A stretch of 64,000 nucleotides of DNA, taken from assembly GCA_021613535.1 (NCBI GenBank), contig CP075495.1:6820001-6884000 (forward strand). Reading direction: 5' to 3'. The notes beneath the pieces were generated by a model. The model ran no database searches, was not told where the DNA came from, and worked only from the letters and a program-made list of their open reading frames with translations. A program made the position numbers and the translations under genes. Origin of the DNA: Adineta vaga. Lineage: Eukaryota > Animalia > Rotifera. Of the stretch, positions 15,999-28,556 are shown one piece after another. Within the stretch, counting starts at the first letter, position 1. The number at the start of each line of letters is the position of its first letter.

Positions 15999-18371
15999 TT
16001 ATTTATCAAGAGAAAATACAGGAGTTGATGACATAAAAAAATCCAATTGAATAGTTGATTGATTATCATTCATGCATTTCAAATGATTTATATGATCGAT
16101 GAATGGAAAGGTTGTTAAATGTTCACCATTCAATAAAACACGTTGAACGTAAAAATTCTTTGGAGAGTTATCATGAATATTGATGACAAGATTACATTTA
16201 CCTTTATTTCGAGAGATTTTTATCCGATCAAATGCTGGACTACCAATTAAATATGTTGATGAACCAGAAAGAGGATAGAAACCCATACTAGTAAATATAT
16301 ACCAAGCAGACATTGTTCCATAATCATCATTACCAGGTAATCCATTCGGTTGATTTGTATAAGCATGATTTAATAACCATCGAGCATATTTTTGAGTTAG
16401 ATCCGATCGATTAGCATAGTTAAATTGCCAAACAGAGAAAAGATCATGTTCATTTCCAGGCCAATAGTATGGATTAGGTAATGTTGTATCTTTCCATGGT
16501 TGTCCACGTTCAAAAAAGATATTTAATTCTCGAAGAAAATTTTCTTTTCCACCAAATAATTCAATCAAACGTGGTGTATTGTGTGGTACAAAAAATCGAT
16601 AGTGCCATGCATCACCTTCGACATATCGATTATCGAATGGATCGAGAAATTCCAACGCATTCGATGGACAATGAAAAGCGCCCGTTTTATTTTTTGGACA
16701 AAAAAAATTTGTTTTATTATCAAAGACATTCTCAAACCATGTCGCTCGTTGATAATATTCTTTAGCTTCGTCAAATAAACCAGCTGCATTAAGGACATTC
16801 CCAATAGCCCAGTCATCATATGCATAACTCAAGGTTAGTGGTGCAGAATTATGATCCATATCATATGGCACATATTTATATTGGATATATGTTGAAGGAT
16901 CAAATCGGCTATCATGAACTTGATTTTGATTAGCAACTTTTCTTAAAGCTTGAATAACTTGAGTTAAGTTTAAATTCTTATCATGTTCTTTTTTCATGAT
17001 TAAATCACTTATTAAAATATCAGCATGTGAACCAATCATACAACCTGTATAACCATTTGCAAAAGGCCATTTAGGTAAATCACCGCCTTGTTCAACAATA
17101 AGCATAATTGAATGTATAATATCATTACCTCGTTGTGAATCATGAAAAATAATGAATGGTATTTGCGTACGAAATATATCCCAGATAGATAGATCAGTAT
17201 AAATATGTTGCATATAATCAGGTTTTGTATGAATTTGACCATCAAAACCAAGATAAACACCATTGGATTCATCCCATTGAGTTGGACTTGATAATGAATG
17301 AACAATAGCTGTATTAAATTTAATTTCAGCATCACCATCCCATGGAGCACTTACCTAGAAATTTGAAAACAAAAACGATAGAATTACTTTCTTCAAACTT
17401 ATACCAATGAACTGTACTTCAAATCGTCCTAATTCATCAAGCCATTTCTGTTGAACCATAGTTCGTAGCGCATCAAATGATTGAAACATATTTGTTTGAA
17501 GTTTTAAATTCGTACGAGCTTGTTCAATTGAAACAAAACTAATTCCTACATACATTGTCACCTGATCTTGATCATCCGGTAGAATTATATAGGCACCTGA
17601 TGAACATCCATCAATTTCTGTTTGTTCTTCTTTTATTTCTCCATTCTTCCATATACCAAATTTAGTCCAATTGTTTAATGTAATCACAAAATAAGTTGTA
17701 ACACCACCAAATCGTCCTGAAAGTGATCCTTGAAAAAGAATTGAACCAGTAATTTCATGATTAATCGTATCGATTTTCGTATGACTTTGATTACATACAT
17801 CTTTTTGTAAAGTATAACTACTATCAATAAGAATAGCATGTTGTTTATTTTTAATTTTATCATATGAATAACGATGAATACCAACTTGTTCAGTCGCTGT
17901 TAATTCAACATTGATTTTATGTGTATCAAGGTAAACTTTATAATAACCCGGCTCAACTATTTCATTTTCATGTCGAAAAGCACTACGATAACCATTTTGT
18001 TTCGATATCATCTTTTGTAAATGTTTATTATTATCAATTTGAACAGGAATAATTCCCACTTCACCATAATCTGGTACACCACCTCCATACATATGTGTAT
18101 GTGAAAACAGATTGATATGTGTATCAGAATAATGATAGCCACCTAGATGATTGAATACAATCGGAATATCTAGAGTATTACTGGTATCAGCACCTAAACG
18201 AAGAGCACCATAGGGACTTTGAACTCCTAATGGTAATGAACCTGCACCAAACCCATCACCATCAGTGCCAATATATAAATTAAGTGGAGGAAATTGAGGA
18301 TTTCTATTTTGATAGGAAAAATGAAATCCTAATAAAAATATCAAGTAGAAAAAAATCCCGCGTTTGGACAT
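15999..18371 (-). CDS. Secreted glycoside hydrolase family 92 (alpha-1,2-mannosidase-like), one intron at 17355-17417
   Basis: Signal peptide; LYIGT..G..LPLGVQSPYG, FSHTHMYGGG..DYG, EPGYY, ELTATEQVG, SIWDIFRT, CMIGSHA, TLSYAYDDW, YVEGDAWHYRF.VPH, GNEHD, GLPGNDDYGTMSAWY - GH92 signatures. Confidence 0.92.
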
Positions 18372-18746
18372 CTTGTTTTTATTCCAGAATATGATTTTCT
18401 CTTTATTATTCATAGATACACTTTATGAGAGAAAACGTCAGCTGGGAAAAGGACAAATGTTATTGACTATCCGATTTCATATCTAATCTTATATATGCTA
18501 GATAGTATAATTAATCGTATTTTTTAATTTTGTAAACAGTTCATTAGTCTTATTTTCATTCGTGTCTTTTTTTCTTTAGTAAGTTTAATAATTAAAATAG
18601 AGATTTATTTCATCGATAGTGCACAAATCTAATTATTTATTTTTATTCATACGTATAATATGTATATAAGAAGAAAAGAAAAAATATTATAATCTACATC
18701 GATATTGTATGTATCAAAATCAAATAATATACATTATTCAATTGGT

Positions 18747-21562
18747 TTATCCTGATGCCGATGGTTGTGGTGGTGGTGGTGGTTGAAATTGATTGAGATA
18801 AGTATCTAATTTCATTCGAAACATATTTATATATTCGGTATCTTTTGATTTAAGACGTTTGATTTCTTCAAATAATAAGCCTTCTAATCGATCAGCCCAA
18901 GCATTTAAATCCGGTAAATGTTGACAATCAGGTATATTGAGAAATTCATGAAAGAATTCCTTCCAAATATCATGTGTACGTTTTGAAAACTTCGCTTTTG
19001 TTGTCATACTACCATCTTGTCGTTGTTCATCTTCACATACTGTCATATAACTCAAAAAGACAAGTACATGAATTGAATAGACCATACCAAATAAATCATG
19101 CTATGAATGATAGAAAGAGAATTTCTAGTACTGATTTCAATGTAATACTATCTTACTTGAAAAATCCATGGTCGATTATGTAACATTTCTACACAAGCTA
19201 ATTCTTTTTTCGGAACACAAGTTACGAATGCAGTACCATTATCGAATAATTTCAAATCAATCGAACGATTAAAATCAATTAACATCAATGATGGAATTGG
19301 TCCGCAACTTTCTTTTTTTGTTGAAAACGTTGATGGACTAGAAAATCAGATGATAAGAAAGAATTTACTGAAGAAAATCTTTACATACCAGTGAAGAACC
19401 ATGAAATTATCTGGTTTAACCTAATATTAGAAGGAATCGATATAGAGATGCAAAGAAAAAAAGCAAATCTTACATCACAATGAATGATACGCAAACGATG
19501 CATATAATCGAAAATACGTAACATTTCAATCGAATAATAAAGTTGATAACAAAATGGAACATATCGATCACGACTAATATGATAATTAGCAAAGTCCTAC
19601 AAGGAAAACAAAAAAAATTGAGTCTAAAATGTTTTCTACAATAGATAAAGGATGTCAGGTTATTCTCATAAGATTTCTTATACATCTGTGTTGAACAAAA
19701 AACTGGTTTCAACATACAAGTAAAGTTTGTGGCGCACGTTGCATAAACATAACACTATAATCATTGTATTCAATAAGTCGATAGACACTTGGAATACGTT
19801 GATTCTGAAAGAAGAAGAAAAGAACACAAATATGCAATGATTTTATAATTGAAAGCATAAACAATACGTACAAGATCGAATTGACCAGCTTTACGTATAC
19901 TACGTCGAGATAATTCGGTAAGAATATAAAATTCCCATACAGTTGATGGATGTTGAATCTAATAGAAAATACACAAGAATAAAAAGAAGAAAATTACAAA
20001 GATTGATAGAAATACCTTGCAAGCATATGTCACTTTTGGATCAGATTCTAATCGTGCTGTAATAACATATCCATAGGCACCTTCACCTAGTTTTTTTCCA
20101 AATTCATATGTTGTTCCACCTAAAAAAAGCTCATTCGTTCAGTTCAACTCTGAAATAATATTTTCATTAATAAACAAACCTAATGTCACTTTTTCAATCT
20201 TTGTGCCCACTTTATTTTTAGCTAAACCTGCTGGTAAATTCATTTTTTCTACAGAATAATTTTCCATCAATGCATAATTAACTCCTCGTTTTTCTAAAAT
20301 TTGTCTTCGAATTTGATCATCAAATGGATCACGTTCATCAACAACAATACAAGAAACATCAAGAAAATTTTCATCTAATGTATCATTGATTGGTACATGT
20401 GATTGACGACGAAGAACTTGATCAATGGTAAATATATTCATTAGAGGTGGTACCATCGATCCACGGCGAATATTACTTGGAATACAACTAACACGTTCAC
20501 CACCCAATAAACTCGTATTGGACATATCAAGCATTCTAATCAAATAGAAAGAAAAATGTTGATTTTGTATTTGATAGAAAAGAAGTTTTTCTTTAATATA
20601 TTATGTACCGAGAATATTCTAAATGAACAGCTTCACGACATTCTGGCAATAATTGACAATCTGGATCATCATCAGTATCAAGACTTGATTGTTTACGCAT
20701 TGGTGATCGTTTTGTTTTGGTTCAACAGCCATCATGATTTCGAAGGAACTACGTGTTTGAGTAGTTCGTTTAGTAACAGTTGTTCGATTTTTCGGTTTTG
20801 TAGTTAACTGTTCCTTTTCATATTCTATCAAAAATTGAACATAGATCATCTAAATATATGACTGAAATAAATAAAATTGAACACATACCTTTCTCATCCC
20901 AATGTTGAAATCGAATAGCAAAAGATCTGAATGTAAAAGAATCAAATAGAATATTTAAAAAGAAGATGAAATATTAACAAACCGGTAGGCTCTATCAATT
21001 TCAGTACATTCATCAATATCATGTACGAATTTTTTTGCTTCTTCATAAATCCCCCATGCTCCCGCCCAATTTAATTCATTTTCTTCAATATATTCAGCCC
21101 AATCAATCCATAAATGTGCATATTGAACACCAATATGTTTTTTATAGAATAATCCATACCATAATGCTTTATCTACGGACATATCCGGCTGAAAAGAGAT
21201 AAATACATCAATTTATTGCCTAGCATGTATTCAATAGAACTTACAATTAACAGACAAATTTCAGCAAAATCTTTATTATTAGTTTGTTCAGGATTATTTT
21301 CGAATTTTTCCAGACATCTGATACATATTGGATAAAGAACTTGGTTATTAGTTAGTGTATTTTCACCATTGTTATCTTCCGGTAAGATATCTTGAACAGC
21401 AGCCAAAAAACTATGTATATATAAAAATGAATTCGAAAAGTTTCTAGTTAAAGAAAAATACACATACGGTAACCAAAGATCGGAAACTTCATTTGCACCA
21501 TTGTACAATTTTAATCGTTTGTCAAATTCATGTTGTAATTCGGCAAGAGTTGGTTTTGTCAT
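18747..21562 (-). CDS. BUB1: BUB1-family spindle checkpoint kinase (Mad3/BUB1 TPR domain plus kinase), compact
   Basis: N-terminal TPR (LYPICIRCLEKF, KHIGVQYAHLWIDWAEYIE), DPFDDQIRRQIL pre-kinase segment, LGEGAYG, K/IQHPSTVWEFYI, IIHCDVKPDNF, LIDFNRSIDL, PWIFQ/HDLFG. Confidence 0.85.
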
Positions 21563-22033
21563 ATTTACATACAATTAAGCAAGACACTAACTGCCTGATG
21601 AAATCGATTATTACATACACAGACAAGACAAGGCACAAAACAAGAGAAAAATTTCCATGGACCAATTCTTTTACCGGTCTTTGTTCGTAAATGACAAGTC
21701 AATGAATGTATGAGCTGTTTGATATTGTATAAATAAAAAATCTTTTAAATAAACACAATTTCAACTTTTAAAGGAAATACTAAATAAATTTCAAATTATG
21801 ATCAATTATAGATGGAGCTAATCAGCAAACGAATGTTCAATTGATTTCGTTCTTCTTTCCTCTGCACGAACAAAGACAATTACGTCTAACCTATTATATT
21901 AACAAACATATATTCAATTCTATTCAATTATTACTGTAAAACATGACTTTTTTTTATTGATTTCTCTTTTTTTTCTCTTGAAAGAAAAAACATCTTTACC
22001 ATTGAAATATACAATTTCTGCATTGATTGCATT

Positions 22034-23594
22034 TCAATACAAAGCTTTAAAACGTTTATGTGCAGCACGTTCCAATGCTTCACGATGATTTGGATGAGCT
22101 ATTTCAATCAAAGCTTTTGCTCTTTGTTGACAATTTTTTCCAAATAAATTTACTACACCATATTCAGTTGCTACATAATGAACATGAGCTCGTGTTGTTG
22201 TTACTGCAGCACCTGATTGTAACTATCGAGAAAAACAAAGGATTAATCTCTATAAAATTCTATAAGAATCAAACATACTGTATTAACAATTCGAGAAACA
22301 CCTTTAGATGTTTGTGAAGGCAAAACAATAATTGGCTTTCCATGTTTACTTAAACCAGCACCACGCATAAAATCTAATTGTCCGCCGACACCTGAATATT
22401 GCATAGTTCCTAATGAATCAGCACAAATTTGTCCGGTCAAATCAATTTCTAATGCAGAATTTATTGCACACATGCGTGGGTTGCGACGAATTTGAGCAGG
22501 ATCATTCGTCATTGAAACATCTAATGCAAGAATATTAGGATTATCATGAACGAAATCATACAATTTTCTCGTTCCCAATATGAATGTACATGTTGTTTGA
22601 CCTGGATGGAATTTTTTATATCGATTAGTGATCACGCCATTTTCTAATAATGGAATGACACTATCGGATAACATTTCTGTTGCTATACTCAAATCTCTAT
22701 GATTATCAAGACATGCTAAGATGGAATCTGGAATTGGCCCAATGCCGAATTGTACTGAAAACAGTGAAAAATCGACAGAATACTTTTTTCTATCTTGTAT
22801 TTTTTCTAAAAACTTACATGTACTTTGATCTTCGATTAATTCTGCTACTCTTCGTCCGATTGTTCTCTCTACCTGAGTTATTTTTTTTGAATGATTCAAT
22901 TCAATTAATGGTTCATCATATTCAACATAAGCATCAATATTATCAATGTGGACAAAAGTATCACCATGTACACGTGGCATATTTCGATTAATTTGTGCAA
23001 AAACTTTCTTAGCATTTCTTACAGCTGCTCTCGTCGCTTCAACAGAAATACCCAGTGAACAATAACCATGTTTATCTGGGGGTGAAACTTGAATTAGAGC
23101 AGCATCAAGTGGAAGAATGTGTTCATCGAATAAACGAGGCATTTCATTTAGAAATATTGGAATATATGAAGCAGCACCATTACTAATCGCCGAGCGAACA
23201 AATGATGAAGCAAAAAGACTATTGATAAAAAAACTATCTTTCAATTCTGGATTGGTAAATGTATCATCAAGAGGATTAACGCTTATAATTTCAACACGTC
23301 GAAGATCGCCAGCACGATTTGCTAGAAGACGATTAAGATATCGTGGAGGACCACCACATCCTAATGATAACAGAAAATCAAATAAGTATATCTCGTCAAT
23401 GGAAAGATTCTCAAGAGAGACAAATTAAGTTCATAATTCTACGAATCTTGATATCCTCAATGTAGGACAAAAGTACATATCATCTGAAAAGATGATCTGT
23501 CTATTTCGATATATTTAATTTACTTACCATGTACAAAAACACGTGCACCAGAATGAATTAGAGACAGAGCTTGATCAATGACCATTTTCGACAT
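22034..23594 (-). CDS. Acetyl-CoA hydrolase / 4-hydroxybutyrate-type CoA-transferase (family I), 3 introns
   Basis: MSKMVIDQALSLIHSGARVFVHG, YIPIFLNEMP, QVSPPDKHGYCSLG, QFGIGPIPD, TEMLSD, INSALEIDLTGQ, YSGVGGQLDFMRGA, GAAVTTTRAHVHYVATEYG, IAHP.HRE.L. Confidence 0.92.
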
Positions 23595-24215
23595 GATATT
23601 TTACTTCTGTTTCTAGAGGAAAAGTTAAATCTTACAGTACAGTAAGTTTTCGTTTTGTTCGAATATTTAAAATTCATACTTTGTTGTTGGATTTCGTACA
23701 CGAATAAGTAGAAAAAGAATAATATCCTAACCTTCACTACAAGCTCGCGTGCATCTCGTTTTGATGGAACGTAAAACGTATTAAGAAAAAGATCCGCTTC
23801 TTTTTCTTTCTTTCTTTTTCTTTTTATTCCTTCCTCTCTGTTTATCACCACTGTGTTTTATTTCTTCAGTATTCTTCATATTTTACCTACGCATCGTATT
23901 ACATTAAATTCGTCTTCCTATTTGCTTTTGTCGTTCGTGTTTTTTCTTTCTTCTTCTACTCAGAGATTCATTCGACGCCTCGAATGATAAGAACTCTAAC
24001 GTACGAAAAAAAAAACATGTTCTCAAACGACCTTTATATCTGCTTCCTAAAAATGTCAATTACATTTTTTCTAGTAACATCAAAAAATTCATTCATCACA
24101 GTATATAATAGATTTTTCAAAATTTAACCAAAAACGAAACAGATATAATAAACATACATATATGTATATATGCACACTCGAAGAGAAGAAAAAAAATCGA
24201 CGAAAATGTTCCTTT

Positions 24216-26892
24216 CTATTCTCCACTTTCTTGTCCATGATAAGGTGATGAAGATGATGGAGATATCCCATGCTGCATTGATGTTGGATTGTTACCAGCA
24301 GCAGCAACTGCTGCAGCTGCAGCGGCAGCAGCAAAAAATGAACTTGGATGCATCGATGGACATGTAGGATAAGATGGTGGTGGCGGTGGTGGACAATATA
24401 CGGATGAAGCAGCCATTTCATCATAAAGATCTACAAGAAAGTATATGTATGTGTGAAGATAAGAAAATCAAACGTTTTTTTCATATACTTGGTTGAAAAC
24501 CGTATGATGGTCGATTTGGATCAAATGTATGATAAGGATTTGTTGTCATTAAATCATTATAATCCGATCCTATAACTAAAGATAAAATTAAATCAATTGT
24601 AAAATCTAGTTGAATATATAAAAATCAGTAGATAAAACATAACACTACATGATTACAGTGGAATAGTTGATTTTAATAGTTTTTCTTCAAAAGAAATACT
24701 AAGCTCAGCAGTACTGTATCTGAAGAATGATATATTGAAATGATGAACTCATGCTTTTTACATAAAATCAATTCCAAAAGATATATCATGCATGTCATGC
24801 TAAGACTTTATTCATCTTTCCAACGAACCTTTATGTGTAATTGCTAGACAGAAAAAAGTCTTATTCATGAGAGAGAGAACGAATCATTTCTTTTTTTCTT
24901 AATCTTACCAGCACGATTTGATTGATCAATCATTGGTTGTACGATTCTTCGGCGTGCATTAATAAACCTAAAGAAAAAGTAAATGATATTTTACTGAAAA
25001 TCGCTAAAACAGCTGCATTGATTCTTTTATCGTAATCCGTCAAACAGACGTTTCTACCTGTCAACACTATGTTTACAACATCGAAGAACAAAAAGAAAAT
25101 GATTAATGACTGTAAGCATCATCTCCTTGTGAGAAGAAGAAGAACAATCCTAATGACCGTTGTGAATATATATATATATATGTATATGTATATATAGATC
25201 AAGCACAGCTGCATGATTGAAAAAGAAAATTTCCGCAGCGTTAACTGTTTTTAACACGGATCGTCACGAACAATTGATGAGATGGAACGTAACTGTGTGA
25301 ATTGATTAACCCAAACGATTACGACACTTCCATCTCATCGATCGAAGAACAAGTTAAAGATTATTGAAGCAAAACAGTGAAAGAAAAAATGTCGAACGTA
25401 CCAATTATTTACTTGTAAAATATTTAAATTTGTTTCTCGAGCTAGAATTTTCTTTTGTTCTTCAGATGGATAAGGATGCTAAAAGAAAATGAAGGATAAA
25501 AGTTCATTTATTGTTTAAAATAATCTATCATTCATATCAATCTTACATTGAGGTGTTGAAATAACCAAGCACGCATCAATGATGTTGCTGCTTTAGGAAA
25601 AATGCCTCGTTTTTTTTGTCGACGTTTATTATTATCATCATTTTCTTCATAATAATCACCTTCGATTGAACTTTCGAAATTCTCACTACTTTTATCTGTT
25701 TCATCAATTGATTGATGAGAATAATGAATTGTCGGTGGTGTTGTTGTTGTTGTTGACGATGATGATGGCATATAATTATTCGATGGTTGAATTGATGAGA
25801 AGAATTGCTGTTGAATTGGACTTCGTGAATCAGATGAATCCGAATTGGATTTTAATGTTTGATTATGATCATTTGTTGATGTTTGAGACAATGAACGCAC
25901 CTGATTAAAATATAGAGATTAGATTTATCTATGATTAAGATCTTTTCTTTTCGAACGAAATCATCGAACCGCAACTAGATATGATTTAATCAAATCTTTA
26001 GTTTATCATATCTTTTCATCAATAATGAAGGTTACGCGACACACTTTTCTCTCATGATCATTATGATAGACATCATTTACGATTGAAAATATTCTTACCG
26101 GTTTAATATCTTGTTCATAATCATGATTACTCATTTCACTTTGTTCATCTTCTGATTTTGAAAAATTTAAATCTCGATCATCCATGATAATATCCCTTGA
26201 AAAGAAAACCCAAAGAAAATTATTCTTATTTTGTTTTATAGAAATAATTTTACATGGGCATTTTGCCTTTCAATAAATGAATATATCGTTGACAAAAATT
26301 ATCGCATAATTCATGGACTTTTTCCAATTCTAAGAGATGAAATCTTAAAATTTGTATTGCTTGAATCATCTAAACATAAAATTCATATTCTGATTCTTTT
26401 CTTTTTGAAAAATGTATTCTATTTACAAGACTATCAATTTCTGGATTCGTTGTATGACATGGTAAATGATCTTTTGTTAACTTTAAAAGAGTATAAGAAT
26501 ATATATTTTAAGAAATGATTTGAATTTTACTTGTTTAGTAAATTCCATTAGATCTTCATTAAATGATGTCAATGAACAAGCAAAATTCGGATTATTTGCA
26601 TCTCGTGATGAATTCGTTGCTAATTCACATTTATCAAATATAATAGCTAGTAAAGGAAATAATGGATGACTAAATGAAGAAGTTTTATATATGTATATCT
26701 ATATATTCAATGAATTTGATTAATTTCATACTTATAAATAAGATCTTTGTCGAGTTTATTCAATTCAGGATTGTTAGTCCCTACTGCTGTTGATGGTATT
26801 GTCGTAGTTGTTGTTATTGGTTGTGAAGGATTATATTGTTGATAATAAAAATTTGTTGTATTTGTTGTCATGATAGGATCGAAAAAGGACAT
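24216..26892 (-). CDS. MEIS: Meis/homothorax TALE homeobox protein
   Basis: MEIS domain ([50 protein letters not shown]) and TALE homeodomain [61 protein letters not shown]. Confidence 0.93.
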
Positions 26893-28556
26893 ATGATAAT
26901 TCTATCTAGAATGAAAAGAAAACTCAAACATTTTAATCGATCTTGACATATGCACACGTGAAATTTGAGTTTCCTCTAAATATAGGGTTATTTCAACGAA
27001 GATATATGTGTGGATGTACACGCCTGGCGCATATCATCTACCAACGTCAATTATACTCATCAATCATAATGCGAGCTCGTCATACATTCGTACGATGGGG
27101 GAAAAAAGAAGAATTAACGTCTCGAATAGAGAGCGCGTCTTTTTCTTCTTCTCATTTAGGTTATCTTTTGTTTATCGTTTTTTTTCTCTTTCTCAAAAAA
27201 ATAGAATATATATATATGCACAGAGAGAGATGCAGTGATATTGGCTATTCTATATGTTGATACTCGTCGTTGATTGGAAGATATCTTTTATTATATGTCG
27301 ATGAAGGAGCTAATTTCTTTTTTTCTTCTTCTCTCCTGCTGTGTATCGTCTTCTCGCATTGTTGAGACAATCTTTTCCGGTTATGAGAAAAACAAAATGT
27401 TCTTAACATATGTATGGAAATAAACAAAAAAGAAGACGATGAGCGATTCAGTTCGAATTAGTTTTATGATAGCGCAAATGAGTTGATTTGAAATCAAGGA
27501 AATTGATCGAAATTTATGACGTCGAAACAAAACGGAAATGTATGATGTAGCATTGGAAATAACAATATGAAGTTATTCTATTCAATCGATATTAGATCAT
27601 TTGAATAAGATTTTATTCAATTTTCTAGTGTTCATTTTGTATAAACACTTGAGTATATCAGTTATAGTTTCAATTATCTTTGTTTATATAATCATAATAA
27701 TACTAATAATAATATATGAAAGACATTTGTATTTCTAGAATGTTATCATCGTTGATTTAGGTTGACTCTGTCTATTTTATATCGATTACTGGCAATTAGA
27801 GATATCTGTATTCGAAGACAGAGTTTTTACAGTTGTTGACATAAGTTTTAATCATATCCTCATTTATAATACTTGTACCATATCACTAATAATTGCTGAT
27901 GAGAGGAGTTAACCTCGAATAGTTTTATGTAAAGCTCATTTCAATCAAATACTTGTCATGTGTAGTTCAATTGGACTGGTGCTTTCCTACTAGTTTCCTC
28001 GAAATGTACTACATTGTTCATCATTCTTAGCAGAATCGCTCGTCGTCATAGAATATCAATTAGTAAACTATTTTTCAGCTGTTCATTTTGCATCAGATTT
28101 ATGCTATCCCATTTTTAATTGATTGTTATCGAAAACTACATGAACGTATCATTACAAATCGTACAAGAATTGCTACTACAAGTTACAGCATCAATCGAAT
28201 TATAATAGAAATATTCTGAATCTATGATCTTTCTCTCTCTCTCTCTCTCTTCGATGGCAAGCGACATCTGAGCATTGAATAAACTTTGAATAAATCAATT
28301 TAAAATTAAATAATTCAAAGAAAGTATATTGTTGTCAAAAAAATCATTAAAATTTAGTATTATTGTTAATGCAATTGATAACACTATCAATAGTAACGTT
28401 GACAACAGAATGGTAAATGATTTCTAAAGAAAAAGTTCTCTTAGAAAAAAAACCTATTTGATCTATAAGTCAATTATACTATGGAGGTAACGAGTGACTT
28501 TTGCGAAGTTGTTTTTTTCTTCAATTTAGTCTTTGTTTTGAAATGTTTAGTCAATA

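Noticed and set aside
16481-16825. Overlapping antisense and alternate-frame ORFs within GH92 (similar ones in PLK4, the CoA-transferase, DDX19 and DIS3L2)
   Set aside because: Shadow ORFs of real coding sequence.
27840-28210. Coding-looking stretch between Meis and PPP1R36
   Set aside because: Short frames broken by stops and no recognisable family; cannot support a pseudogene call.
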